Shown here in pieces: positions 1-11,381 of a DNA stretch of 64,000 nt (the first letter of the stretch is position 1; each line of letters begins with the position of its first letter). The translations under genes and the position numbers were made by a program. This DNA is from Octopus sinensis (taxonomy: Eukaryota), in NCBI RefSeq assembly GCF_006345805.1, contig NC_042997.1, positions 31,868,001 through 31,932,000 on the forward strand. Direction: 5' to 3'. Below the pieces are notes generated by a model, which saw nothing but the letters and a program-made list of their open reading frames with translations, was not told where the DNA came from and did not search any database.

Positions 1-107
1 TACTAAATAGGAAATACACGTAGAAGGTAGTGATACCCCAGTACCAACAGAATATACATACATAGGTATATTTGCTAGTAGGCTATTATGTAGGTACATG
101 TGAGTGT

Positions 108-600
108 AGGTTGGTAGGTAGGTAAGTATATAAGTAGGTAGGTAGGTAGGTAAGTAGGTAGGTAGGTAGGTAGGTAGGTAGGTAGGTAGGTAGGTAGGTA
201 GGTAGGTAAGTAGGTAGGTAGGTAGGTAAGTAGGTAGGTAGGTAGGTAGGTTGGTTGGTTGGTAGGTAGGTAGGTAGGTAGGTAGGTAGGTTGGTTGGTT
301 GGTAAGTAGGTAGGTAGGTAGGAAGGTAGGTAGGTAGGTAGGTAGGTAGGTAGGTAGGAAGGTTAGTAGGTAGGTAGGTAGGTAGGTAGGTAGGTAGGTA
401 GGTAGGTAGGTAGGTAGGTAGGTAGGTAGGTAGGTTTGTAGGAAGGATGGTAGGTAGGTAGGTAGGTAGGTAGGTAGGAAGGATGGTAAGTAGGTAGGTA
501 GGTTGGTAGGTAGGTAGGTAGGTAGGTAGGTAGGTAGGTAGGTAGGTAGGTAAGTAGGTAGGTAGGTAGGTAAATGGATATATAGATAAACAGATAGATA
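108..600. repeat. (GGTA)n tetranucleotide microsatellite with GGTT/GGAA variants
   Basis: Directly visible tandem GGTA units; explains the spurious 220-aa ORF at 86..748. Confidence 0.97.
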
Positions 601-992
601 CATAGGTAAATAGATAGATAGGTACATAAGTAATATGGACAATCACAAACTCACACACATACACACGCACGCACGCGCACACATACATACATATATTTGT
701 ACATATACAAGCACACATGTATGCTGACAGATGTGCACAAACCGACAACCGGAACGCAACTCCAATAACGGACAGTCAACATTTATTGACAAGGTTGCAA
801 AACCAACGAAAATTTTGGAAGGAAAAATAGAAATAATAAATGAGTGGAAATCGAACCGGTGAGTGTGTTCAGAAATAAGGCATTAAGAGAATATGATTCT
901 CCCCAGACACAACAAAATTTGCTTCAACACACGAATTCACATAAAGAATCTTGCAAACTAGATTTTTAAAAAAAAACGAAGTGTTATATATA

Positions 993-1612
993 CAGGAGTT
1001 GGACAAAATAATGGAAACACCTTAACATTTCAAACGAATTTATTTTAATATGGGGAAGGACCGCTTTTGGCAATAATTACAGCTTGAATTCTACGAGGTA
1101 TGGACTTGTACAAAGTTTGAATTGTTTCCAAAGGAATATTTGTTCATTCTTCAGCTAAAACAGTCTCCAGTTCTTGCAGTGGAGGATATCGACTCCTTAC
1201 TTTTTTTTCTAAAATGCACCATAAATGTTCGATAATATTGAGATCTGGGGACTGTGGTGGCCAGATAAGATGTTCAACTTCACTAGAATGTTCCTTGTGC
1301 CATTCAGTAATAACTTTAGCTGTGTGAATTGGTGCATTATCATCCTGAAATATTGCGTTTCCCTCCAGAAACAGTCTCCACATGTATATGAGCACTAATA
1401 ATTTGACCTCTTTGAAAGTCCGATAGATCTGTCATTTTAATGAATTTTAATTACCTTTTTCTGAACAACAATTTTAGCAAAACATATTAAGCAACGCTAA
1501 TAATAAATTTTTTAAAATGCATGAAAATAAACAAGCTTTTGACGGTTTTATAGATATTTCAAAATGATGATGCCATAATACTAGGTGTTTCCATTATTTT
1601 GTCCAACCCCTG
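993..1612 (-). mobile_element. Internally deleted Tc1-family DNA transposon
   Basis: 30-bp TIRs CAGG(A/G)GTTGGACAAAATAATGGAAACACCT (1 mismatch), flanked by TA on both sides; minus-strand remnant 1144-1395 FQDDNAPIHTAK...WPPQSPDLNIIEHLW carries Tc1 catalytic-domain motifs. Confidence 0.93.
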
Positions 1613-2222
1613 TATATGACAATTTCAAGTTGTACATCGATATAATTACTGTCATTGTCCATATTAACACTGTCACATTGCCGAAAACTGGATATTTGGA
1701 TTCGGTTCATCGTATTCCCAAGCAACTCGATGTTGCTTACGACTATTTTCTTTACTTGCAAATAGTTTAATATCATCGAGTCAGCAAGATAATTTTCGAA
1801 AATACAGTATTTTTCTCATTTCTGCCAAAATATATTGAATTTATTGCGAGAGATTTCAACAATCTGCCGTCATTATTGCCAAAAGCAGAATAAATTTTGC
1901 AACTGTGTTTTACAAGAGTTATTTACCTTAAATTCTTATTATTTCTCAGTTACCTCCCTTTGAACAGTATGGCCTTAAAAATTTTTTTTTTTTCTCTCTA
2001 TCATTTATGAAATGAATTCTTCTTAAGAAAACTGATTAGTTTCAGAGTAATAATGATGATTATTTTATTTTGATACATAAAGGATGAAAAGAAAGCTTGT
2101 TTTCGGTAGGATTGAAACTCAGAATATACAGGGACAACGCTAAATATGTAAGAAGAGGAAGTTATGTACTTTACTGAAGTCCGTCATCCTAGTTCTGTTT
2201 GGGACTAAAAATGACCGCATAT

Positions 2223-2344
2223 CACTAGCGTAGCTACAGTGTGTGCCGCTCGGGGCAGCCCTTCCGTTTGCTTCCCCCCGAACCCCACAAGAAACACAAA
2301 AAGGTATCGCCTCTTTAAAAGTGTCATCCTCAGTTACGCTAGTG
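2223..2344. mobile_element. hAT-like MITE (122 bp)
   Basis: TIR CACTAGCGTAGCT / AGTTACGCTAGTG; imperfect 8-bp flanking duplication ccgcatat/ccccatgt. Confidence 0.6.
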
Positions 2345-2454
2345 CCCCATGTGATAATGATTGACATGATTTGATGACAGAATAGGTAGAGCGCTTGACA
2401 AAAGGGCTTGCACTATCTATCAACATTTCTGAGTTCAGATCGCGCTTAGGTTAA

Positions 2455-2507
<53 letters not shown>

Positions 2508-2804
2508 TGTGTGTGTGTGTGTGATCCTGCGGTCGATAAAACAGAGAATCACGATTGTGAAAGAGTGGCAGCTTGCTAAAAGATGAGAATGGTTATGGTT
2601 TCAAACGACATGCGAAATGGCTTGTCGTTTCACACTGCAAATTGGGTACTCCGTGAGCAGCTATGGTCAAGACACTTAAGCCTTAAACGACCCGACTCAC
2701 TCCAGTTGGATAACCATCGACAGGAATAAAACATATCAATATGAGCAGATGAAATGCAGAATAATTGTCTAGTGTTTCATTAGATTGCCAAATTGGTTTC
2801 CCCC

Positions 2805-2848
<44 letters not shown>

Positions 2849-2897
2849 CCATGCACACACACACACACACTCCAATTCATCTTGTTTTTATCACAAA

Positions 2898-3288
2898 CTA
2901 GCAGTATCGCCCGGCGTTGCTCGGGTTTGTTTCGACCCTTTAGAATTGGAAGTTTTGAAAAGTAAAAATTTTGCATTATGTAGCTGGTTATTCTCTTTAA
3001 GTGAACATTTTTCTGGTTGAAATACACCGAAAAATGACAACACAGCAGTCAAAAAATCGTAAAAAAACAGGTATTTTAATAGAAAAAAAGGACCTTTTTG
3101 ATGTAAATAATTTTAGGTGTTAACATGGTCTGATTTGAATTTTATTTTCTACGGAATGAAGAGCAAGCCTTCTTCTATCATACTTTCAATTTTGGTCAAC
3201 TTGCACCACAGGGTCTCGGAGGCGATAGTGTTAGTTGAAGGCTACCAAACCTACCATACACAGACAACTTCAGCTTTATATATAGAGA
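2898..3288 (-). mobile_element. Non-autonomous Helitron, subfamily C1
   Basis: On the minus strand: a|TC start, CTAG|t end, hairpin CCCG-AGCAACGC-CGGG just before CTAG, no TSD; close copy at 18312-18703. Confidence 0.85.
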
Positions 3289-3729
3289 TTGGGGAAAACG
3301 AGTGCTTCTCCTATATTGCTACATTGACTTATACTCTTTTTTTTTCAAAATGTTTTACTTGGATTTTGTTATTCTTGTTTAGCCCTACAAAGAACCTCTT
3401 TTCACGTTAGATGTGAAAGGAAGCTCCCCACCACCACCACCACCACCACCTCACCCATTTGAGCTGCTCATTAAATATGCCACTAAATACATAATTTATG
3501 CAAGAGTAATGAGTAGTATATAACAAACTAGAATAAAAAAAAGTCTAGAACGAGAAACAGAAAATTGTTAATTCCTTATCAAAGTGATCCTCACTCCTCC
3601 CCTTTTAACTGGGTAAGTTAAAACCCCTCAGAATCATATGGGCCACCGCTGACCTGGCTTGATTCCAGGTAAGTCCTGAATGAGCAGTCTCTTCTAGTTA
3701 TGACCAATCTGTCTCTAATTCCGATACCC

Positions 3730-4136
3730 TTTTACTCTCTTTTACTTGTTTCAGTCATTTGACTGCGGCCATGCTGGAGCACTGCCTTTAGTCGAGCAAC
3801 TCAACCCCAGGAGTTATTCTTTCTAAGCCTAGTACTTATTCTATCGGTCTCTTTTGCCGAATCGCTAAGTTATGGGGACGTAAACACACCAGCATCGGTT
3901 GTCAAGTGATGTTGGGGGACAAACTCAGACACACAAACACACACACACACATATACACGTATACATATATACGACAAGCTTCTTTCAGTTTCCGTCTACC
4001 AAATCCACTCACAAGGCTTTGGTCGGCTCGAGGCTATAGTAGAAGACACTTGCCCAAGGTGCCACGCAGTGGGACTGAACTCGGAACTATGTGGTTGGTA
4101 AGCAAGCTACTTACCAAACACAGCCACTCCTGCACC
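3730..4136 (-). mobile_element. SINE family B (tRNA-derived head, CORE-like centre), near full length
   Basis: Reverse complement of copies at 26651, 49071 and 49934; tRNA-like A/B boxes, CTTGGGCAAGTGTCTT segment, GGCGGTGCTCCAGCATGGCC tail with short tandem repeat. Confidence 0.88.
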
Positions 4137-4427
4137 TAGTGTGCAAAGGTCTATGTTCTCCAATCTCATTCCGCTTTTAATAATTTGAGAGAGATTTGGC
4201 TGTTATTTCTAGCAGGTTGTGCAACTACGTAGAAGTCATTTCGTTTAAGATTTTGTTATTGAAATGTATTGATTGACAACTTTATTTTTCAATTATTTTC
4301 ATAATTCGGTTTATTCTGCGAGGCACAAAGAAATGCCTGGGAGGGAATCAGCAGATGTTTTTTGTATGGTTAGTTATGCCTCCAAACTGATCGACTGCTT
4401 CAGTACCGTGATTTTAACTAAGATAAG

Positions 4428-4700
4428 TTTCTTTATTGGCCACACAGGGCTGCACACAGATGGGACAAGTTACAAGGTAGAGCTTTTCTTTTGGGGGATG
4501 AAAAAAAAACAAAAAACAAACGAAAAAAAAGGGGGGTGGCGTAGGTTTTCGATCAAGAGGGATCGTAAAAGGGAAGAAAAGAACAAAAAAAATAAAATAA
4601 AATAAAAAAGAAAAAAGAAAAAGAAAAAAAAGAAAAGGAAAAGGAACAAAAGAAAAGAGAAATGAAAAAAGAAGAAGAAAGGGGGAAAAAAAGGGGAAGA
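4428..4700 (-). mobile_element. 3' UTR fragment of a non-LTR retrotransposon (probably Tx1/L1-like)
   Basis: Near-identical inverted copy at 33560-33714; ends ...GCCCTGTGTGGCCAATAAAGAAAC, like the 3' ends of the ORF2-bearing elements at 13331 and about 30700. Confidence 0.6.
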
Positions 4701-6666
4701 GGAAAAAAAAACGATCAATAGGGATCGTGTATCACAGTGTTATGATATATGGTGTAAAGGGGAAAGCAAGTAAGGTTTATCCGTGGGAAGAAAAGCCTAC
4801 GAAAAAGACCACGGTAACCTTGGTCAATATTGTTATATGTTACCACATTTGTTTGCAAGTGGGTAACCCTCTGTTTTCAATTTCTGGGTTCATAGGATTA
4901 TGCTCAAGGTGGCTTACCACGGCGTATTCATATCGCCGCGCAGTCGTTTCTGCAATTCTACTGTCCGAGATTGGGAAACGCAATTGACTCCAGAAACAAC
5001 GAAATTAGTATCGTAGAACACTTCAACCAATTTATTCTTTGCCTGGCTGAACCTTTCGAAATTTCAGAATTAGATTTGCTTGACAATTGACTTAACCTTT
5101 TAATCAATTTAAACTGGACAATGAAATCACAGAAGAGTCGTGACAACCATTTTTTAGAAGATAAAAATTTTCAACAATTCACTTCTCATTTATTACTGGA
5201 AAATTCAAATATTTTCGTTGCATTTCTGTGATCTGGTCACTGACACCATTCCGCTGTATCCCGTTTTCTGGGGGTTTTTTTCTTCTTCTGCGTGCATGAA
5301 AATGGGGTGGTGGGTTGCTAAAATAACCCTTCTACAACATAACTGTTTGCTCATTACCGTCTATGCAAAACGTTGCAATCCTAATTGAGAATATAAACAA
5401 CAACAACGAAAAGTATTAGATTATGTGAATAGCTATTTGTTCATAACAACGTACTCCTTCAACATACATTGATTTCTTTTGACTGAACGCATCGTTTGTG
5501 TATACGTGTGTGTGTTTGCGCGCGTGCGTGCGTGTGTATAGAATACTAATGCAGCCGACCGAATCAAGCTTTGAACATTACTGATTTCTAATACTAGCAG
5601 AAAAATGGTGAAACAAGACTGCTTTCGCCCCAACCCCTTTTACCCCATCTCAAGAAATCGTAAGATTTTTTGTAAAATAGGCTATTCAGATATTCACAGG
5701 CCTGTATCTAATTCTTCGTACCCTGAACCGATATACTGATTAAGCCCTTTTCTTATGGATCTCAGACAGAAAACCAGGAAATTTCCTGAGATGAAATCTA
5801 CACCATTATTTAAAGATACTTTAGTTTACCAATCTTATTGGAAGAAGGAAAAGTAAAATTAACTTCTGTGGGATTCGAACTCGGAACGTATAAAGCCATA
5901 ATTAAATACGGCAAGGCAGTTCATTGCTCGACACTCCAACGATTTCACGCTTATATTATCGATTTCCAATCTTAAGACACAAAATCTTAATTTTAGAGGA
6001 GACGGGGATAGTTGATTTAATTGATCCGCTACTTGACAGCCCCTTGATTTTATCCACCACAGGAAGCTGAAAAATGAAGTTGCTCTCGGCGGGATTTGAA
6101 CTCAGAATACGAAGCACTTTGTCAGACGCTCTAGCAACTCTTCCAAACCACTGATTTCATACCATAGCTACTTATTTTCCTTTCATTAATCCAGGCAATC
6201 TCCAACGAGATTTAGTCTCGAAATCAAGAGCAATGGAGCTAAAGTGTTCAAAGCATTTAATCTTTCGCTCTATATTACTTCGTCAGTTCCACTATCCTGC
6301 TATGCTTAACGTGATGACTAAAGCTCGATGTGATTAAATCCAAAGCTGTTAGATCACGTGAATCCAGAACACAGAGTATACTTACATCAACAGATTACAC
6401 AAATAATGAGATAATAATCAATTACTAGATAGCCTTTAAAATGTACATGTGGTTATTCTTTTAGTTACGTTGACAATCTCATTTGTTGACCAAAGGCATT
6501 GCCGATTTTTGAAAGGAGCTAGTTAAATTTGTATTTATTCAACAAACTATAAATAATATACAAACGCCGTAGAAATATGTCAAAACACTTAAACGTTGTG
6601 CGTCTGTCAGTGTCAGTATAAGATATGTGTGACTGACTGCTTGTGACTTAACATAATTATTGAATA

Positions 6667-7231
6667 CAAGCAGTATCGCCCGGCGTTGCTCGGGTTTGTA
6701 AGGGAAATAACTATATAAGCATTTTTAGAGAGTTATAGCCAAAAAATAGCAAAAAATGCATTAAAAATGGAAAAAAAATGATGGTAAATTATTTTTAAAA
6801 TCGTTGACTCATCGTAGACATTTTTATTGAATACTAGCAGTATCGCCCGGCGTTGCTCGGGTTTGTAAGGGAAATAACTATATGAGCATTTTTAGAGAGT
6901 TATAGCCAAAAAATAGAAAAAAATGCATTAAAAATGGAAAAAAAATGATGGTAAATTTTTTTTAAATCGTTGACTCATCGTAGACATTTTTAGAGAGTTA
7001 TTTCCCTTATATAATAGCGAAAAAATGCATTAAAATGGGAAAAAAAATTATGGTAAATGTTTTTTTAAATCGTAGACTCATCGTAGACGCGCGCTAATAC
7101 CCAGAAGGGCTCGATATGAATCACGACTATAAGATACCCGGTTTTGGTTAAACTGCACCGCAAAATGTGGGAGTAGTTAGGAATCTAAATCGTAGGAGAC
7201 AGACACACAACCTTACTTTTATATATAAAGA
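6667..7231 (-). mobile_element. Non-autonomous Helitron, subfamily C2, with duplicated 3' end
   Basis: 5' TC at 7231 (minus), CTAG at 6834-6837 with the same terminal hairpin, second 3' end (CTTG) at 6667-6670; homologous to 15231-15617 and 15975-16480. Confidence 0.83.
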
Positions 7232-7538
7232 TATGTTATTGAATGATGCAATCTGTAGCTTTCATCACTTACGTAAAACTTTACTTTACTTTCATCTTTT
7301 TTTTTTTTTTTTGCATCCCGGCCCCCAAAAGTCACCACTAATATCGATTTCTGCAGACAGAACCAAGAATCATTTTCGATCATTTTCTTAATGTATTTTT
7401 AACTTATGACGACAATTTTTTTTTTTCTTTGATGGAAAAGTACTGAGAATTTTCATTTTTCCTGTCGTCTCTGGTCATAAGTAAATAATTTCTTTGTATC
7501 ACTTACAGTATTGTTGCGGTAAGTAAATATAATGTTAA

Positions 7539-8184
7539 GGCGGCGAGCTGGCTGAGACGTTAGCACGCCGGGCGAAATGCTTAGCGGTATTTCGTCTGCC
7601 GCTACGTTCTGAGTTCAAATTCCGCCGAGGTCGACTTTGCCTTTTATCCTTTCGGTGTCGATTAAATAAGTACCTATTTCTTTACTACCCACAAGGGGCT
7701 AAACACAGAGAGGACAAACAAGGACAGACAAACTGATCAAGTCGATTACATCGACCCCAGTGCGTAACTGGTACTTATTTAATCGATCCCGAAAGGATGA
7801 AAGGCAAGGTCGACCTCGGCGGAATTTGAACTCACAACTTCGTCTGCCGTTACGTTGTGAGTTCAAATTCCGCCGAGGTCGACTTTGCCTTTCATCCTTT
7901 CGGGGTCGATAAATTAAGTACCAGTTACGCACTGGGGTCGCTATAATCGACTTAATACCTATGTCTGTCCTTGTTTGTCCCCTCTGTGTTTAGCCCCTTG
8001 TGGGTAATAAAGAAATAGGAATTTGAACTCAGAACATAACGGCAGTCGAAATACGGCTACGCATTTCGCCCGGCGATTAAATAAGTACCAGTTATGCACT
8101 GGAGTTGATATAATCGATTTAATCCGTTTGTCTGTCCTTGTTTGTCCTCTCTGTGTTTAGCCCCTTGTGGGTAGTAAAGAAGTA
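7539..8184. mobile_element. Three nested SINE family A copies (+/-/+)
   Basis: Three concentric direct repeats: 7518-7538/8185-8205 (21 bp), 7660-7674/8075-8089 (15 bp), 7821-7838/8018-8035 (18 bp, 1 mismatch). Confidence 0.88.
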
Positions 8185-8620
8185 GGTAAGTAAATATAAT
8201 GTTAAATGAAACGTTTCCCGACTATACCCCACGAAGAAAATTGCAGTTATTTTTCTACTATTTCACATATAGCTGTTATCATGTCTTAATACCTTATCTT
8301 TCATGTAGAAGGGCTGAAAGGGGACTATTTTTCAGCTCTACTTGGGGTATCAGTGAAACTTAAAATGACTCTAATTAAATGCCCTGCAATACGTAAGATT
8401 AAACATTCCTATTTCAAATGCTACCGGATTCGGCTTCGATTTTCATCCAGTCAGTCAATATTGAGATTAGACACAACACTTCACATATTTTTCTATAAGT
8501 AGACAGATTTTTTTCATATTGACTCATAACATAAATTTGTAGTGTGTGAGGGTGAGGAGGGTCAATATAGTAGATCAAATCGACTCCAGTAGTATAAGAC
8601 CAATTATTTATTCTATCGAC

Positions 8621-8663
<43 letters not shown>

Positions 8664-9079
8664 TTGGCGAGATCCATTTCCATACGATTAATGGCAAAGT
8701 TGGCAGAGCGTCGGACAAAATGATATATTATATTTGTTCCAGCTCTCTGGGTTCCGAGTTCAAATACTACCGAGGTCAGTTTGGCCTTTCATTCTTCCTG
8801 AATCAATAGAATAAAGTAGCATCCGAGGGTAGTAAACTGGAGGCACGTCGAAGGTGATGTGTTGTGATGTTTGTTCCAGCTCTTTGTATTCTGAATTCTT
8901 AGAGGATAAATTTAACCTGGCTTTCAATTCCACGCCGTCTTCGGGTCCTTGAATATCCGTAAGTGTTCTCTCTGGTTCAAACATTCAGACTTGAGCTCCG
9001 GTTTTGATATAACTTTCTCTTATTCTCCGATTTGTCCTCTTTCGCCAATATGTGTGATCATAAATTTGGTAAAATGCTA

Positions 9080-10025
9080 AGGTGGCGTGCTGGCAGAACC
9101 GCTAGCACGCCGGGCGAAATGCTGAACGGCATTTCGTCTGCCGCTACGTTCTGAGTTCAAATTCCGCCAAGGTCGACTTTGCCTTTCATCCTTTCGGAGT
9201 CGATTAAATAAGTACCAGTTGCGCACTGGGGTCGATGTAATCGACTTAATCCGTTTGTCTATCCTTGTTTGTCCTCTCTGTGTTTAGCTCCTTGTGGGTA
9301 GTAAAGAAACAGGTATTTCGTCTGCCGCTACGTTCTGAGTTCAAATTCCGCCGAGGTCGACTTTGCCTTTCATCCTTTCGGGGTCGATAAATTAAGTACC
9401 AGTTAAGCCCTGGGGTCGCTATAATCGACTTAATCCCTTTGTCTGTCCTTGTTTGTCCTCTCTGTGTTTAGCCCCTTGTGGGTAGTAAAGAAACAGGTAT
9501 TTCGTCTGCCGCTACGTTCTGAGTTCAAATTCCGCCGAGGTCGACTTTGCCTTTCATCCTTTCGGGGTCGATAAATTAAGTACCAGTTAAGCCCTGGGGT
9601 CGCTATAATCGACTTAATCCCTTTGTCTGTCCTTGTTTGTCCTCTCTGTGTTTAGCCCCTTGTGGGTAGTAAAGAAACAGGTATTTCGTCTGCCGCTACG
9701 TTCTGAGTTCAAATTCCGCCGAGGTCGACTTTGCCTTTCATCCTTTCGGGGTCGATAAATTAAGTACCAGTTAAGCCCTGGGGTCGCTATAATCGACTTA
9801 ATCCCTTTGTCTGTCCTTGTTTGTCCTCTCTGTGTTTAGCTCCTTGTGGGTAGTAAAGAAATAGGTATTTCGTCTGTCTTTACGTTCTGAGTTCAAATTC
9901 CGCCGAGGTCGACTTTGCCTTTCGGAGTCGATAAATTAAGTACAAGTTGCGTACTGGGGTCGATCTAATCGACTGGCCCCGTCCCCAAATATTTCGGGTC
10001 TTGTGCCTAGTGTAGAAAAGAATAT
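9080..10025 (+). mobile_element. SINE family A head-to-tail tandem array, 184-bp period
   Basis: One tRNA-like head followed by units starting at 9129, 9313, 9497, 9681 and 9865; the last unit has a different 3' tail. Confidence 0.92.
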
Positions 10026-10194
10026 TTATTTTTGCTTGCAATAGCCGGTTCTTTTTGTCAAACTATCGTATCTCCAGCTGCTTCAGATGCCAATATATCA
10101 ATGGTTGTCAAAGTATAGTACAACGGTTTTGCTATGGAGTGGTGAAACTATTTTTTCCTTTTCTGAAAAAGCAACGTTTTGGACTTAAGACTTC

Positions 10195-10675
10195 ATTGCT
10201 GTTGCTGTTGTGGTGGTAGTCGTTGGTGTTGGTGTTGTTGTTGCTGCTGCTGCTGCTGCTGCTGTTGTTGTTGTTGTTATTAGTGGTGGTGGTATTGTTG
10301 TTGTTGCTGCTGTTATTGATGTTGTTTTTGTTGTTGTTGTTTTTTTGTTGTTGTTGTTTGTTGTTGTTGTTGTTGTTGGTTGTGGTGATGGTGGTGGTGG
10401 TGGTGGTGGTCGTTGTGGTGGTGGTCGTCGTGGTGGTGGTGGTGGTGGTCGTCGTCGTGGTCGTGGTGGTGATGGTGGTGGTTATGGTGGTGGTCGTGGT
10501 GGTCGTGGTCGTGGTCGTGGTGGTGATGGTGGTGGTTATGGTGGTGGTGGTCCTGTTTTGAAGGAAGGAAGGAAAGAAGGAAGGAAGGAAGGAAGGAAGG
10601 AAGGAAGGAAGGAAGGAAGGAAGGAAGGAAGGAAGGAAGGAAGGAAGGAAGAAGGAAGGAAAGAAGGAAGGAAAG
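10195..10675. repeat. Compound microsatellite (GTT/GCT/GGT/CGT)n followed by (GGAA)n
   Basis: Visible triplet and tetramer runs; source of the low-complexity ORFs at 10210-10779. Confidence 0.95.
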
Positions 10676-10988
10676 TCGTAACACTATTTTATGCCGCTCC
10701 TCAACATATTTGTCACATTATCTGTTGCTTATATTTTCAATTCAATTATCTGTTTAGTTTCTGTTGCATGGTTGACTGACTTCAGAGGAAAACAAGTATG
10801 TCACCTATACAAATGTTATTTATCGCTGTTGCAAGACCGAAATAGTTTGTAACAAACCAGAGACGATGTATGTCCGTACCGTAATTTTACCACAACCTTT
10901 TCCCAATAACGACTTCTATTGAAAAATAAAAACAAAAGGAGAACAGAAAACAGGTCATAGGAGCATGTAGAGGTCTCATTAGTCGTTT

Positions 10989-11003
10989 GGTTTGGGGGGT
11001 CTG

Positions 11004-11084
<81 letters not shown>

Positions 11085-11119
11085 ATATATTATATATGTA
11101 TATATATATTATATATATA

Positions 11120-11161
<42 letters not shown>
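10989..11161. repeat. (TA)n microsatellite
   Basis: Directly visible. Confidence 0.97.
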
Positions 11162-11164
<3 letters not shown>

Positions 11165-11364
11165 GGTCTGACGCCATGAGAGATCGTTAGCCACTACACA
11201 CATTCTTTTCTCTCCTTGTTTTTTCTGTGTCCCTTTCTGTAGAAGAGCGTAGGTAGGTTCGAAATGTAAAAGACTTTTTCTATTCCTGAGCGTTATACTA
11301 GTACATCTGTTTGTTTTGTACACCACCTGTCTTCGTCTTTTGTTGTTTTTCGTAAACTCTCCCT
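11162..11364 (+). mobile_element. Penelope-like terminal-repeat fragment with hammerhead-like motif, between (TA)n tracts
   Basis: CTTT-CTGTAGAA-GAGC-gtaggtag-GTTC-GAAA-TG-TA-AAAG at 11233-11272 resembles the minimal type I hammerheads described for Penelope-like elements; family assignment is inference. Confidence 0.5.
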
Positions 11365-11381
11365 ATATATATATATATATA

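Noticed and set aside
86-748. 220-aa ORF and the other long low-complexity ORFs (10210-10779, 19855-20364, 21474-24119, 33336-33989)
   Set aside because: All are translations of microsatellites (TYLP, YVCM, poly-I/V/H); no coding evidence.
3906-4139. Recurrent ORFs with RQASFSFRLPNPLTR...PRSGTEPGTMWLVSKLL
   Set aside because: Antisense reading of SINE B copies, not a protein family.
5870-6130. tRNA-like GGATTCGAACTC motifs (also near 2110, 25640, 32110)
   Set aside because: Decayed SINE heads; no cloverleaf can be completed.
9129-10025. Regularly spaced repeats suggestive of CRISPR or of a retrozyme
   Set aside because: Units are contiguous with no unique spacers, the context is eukaryotic, and the unit contains no CUGANGA/GAAA hammerhead core.
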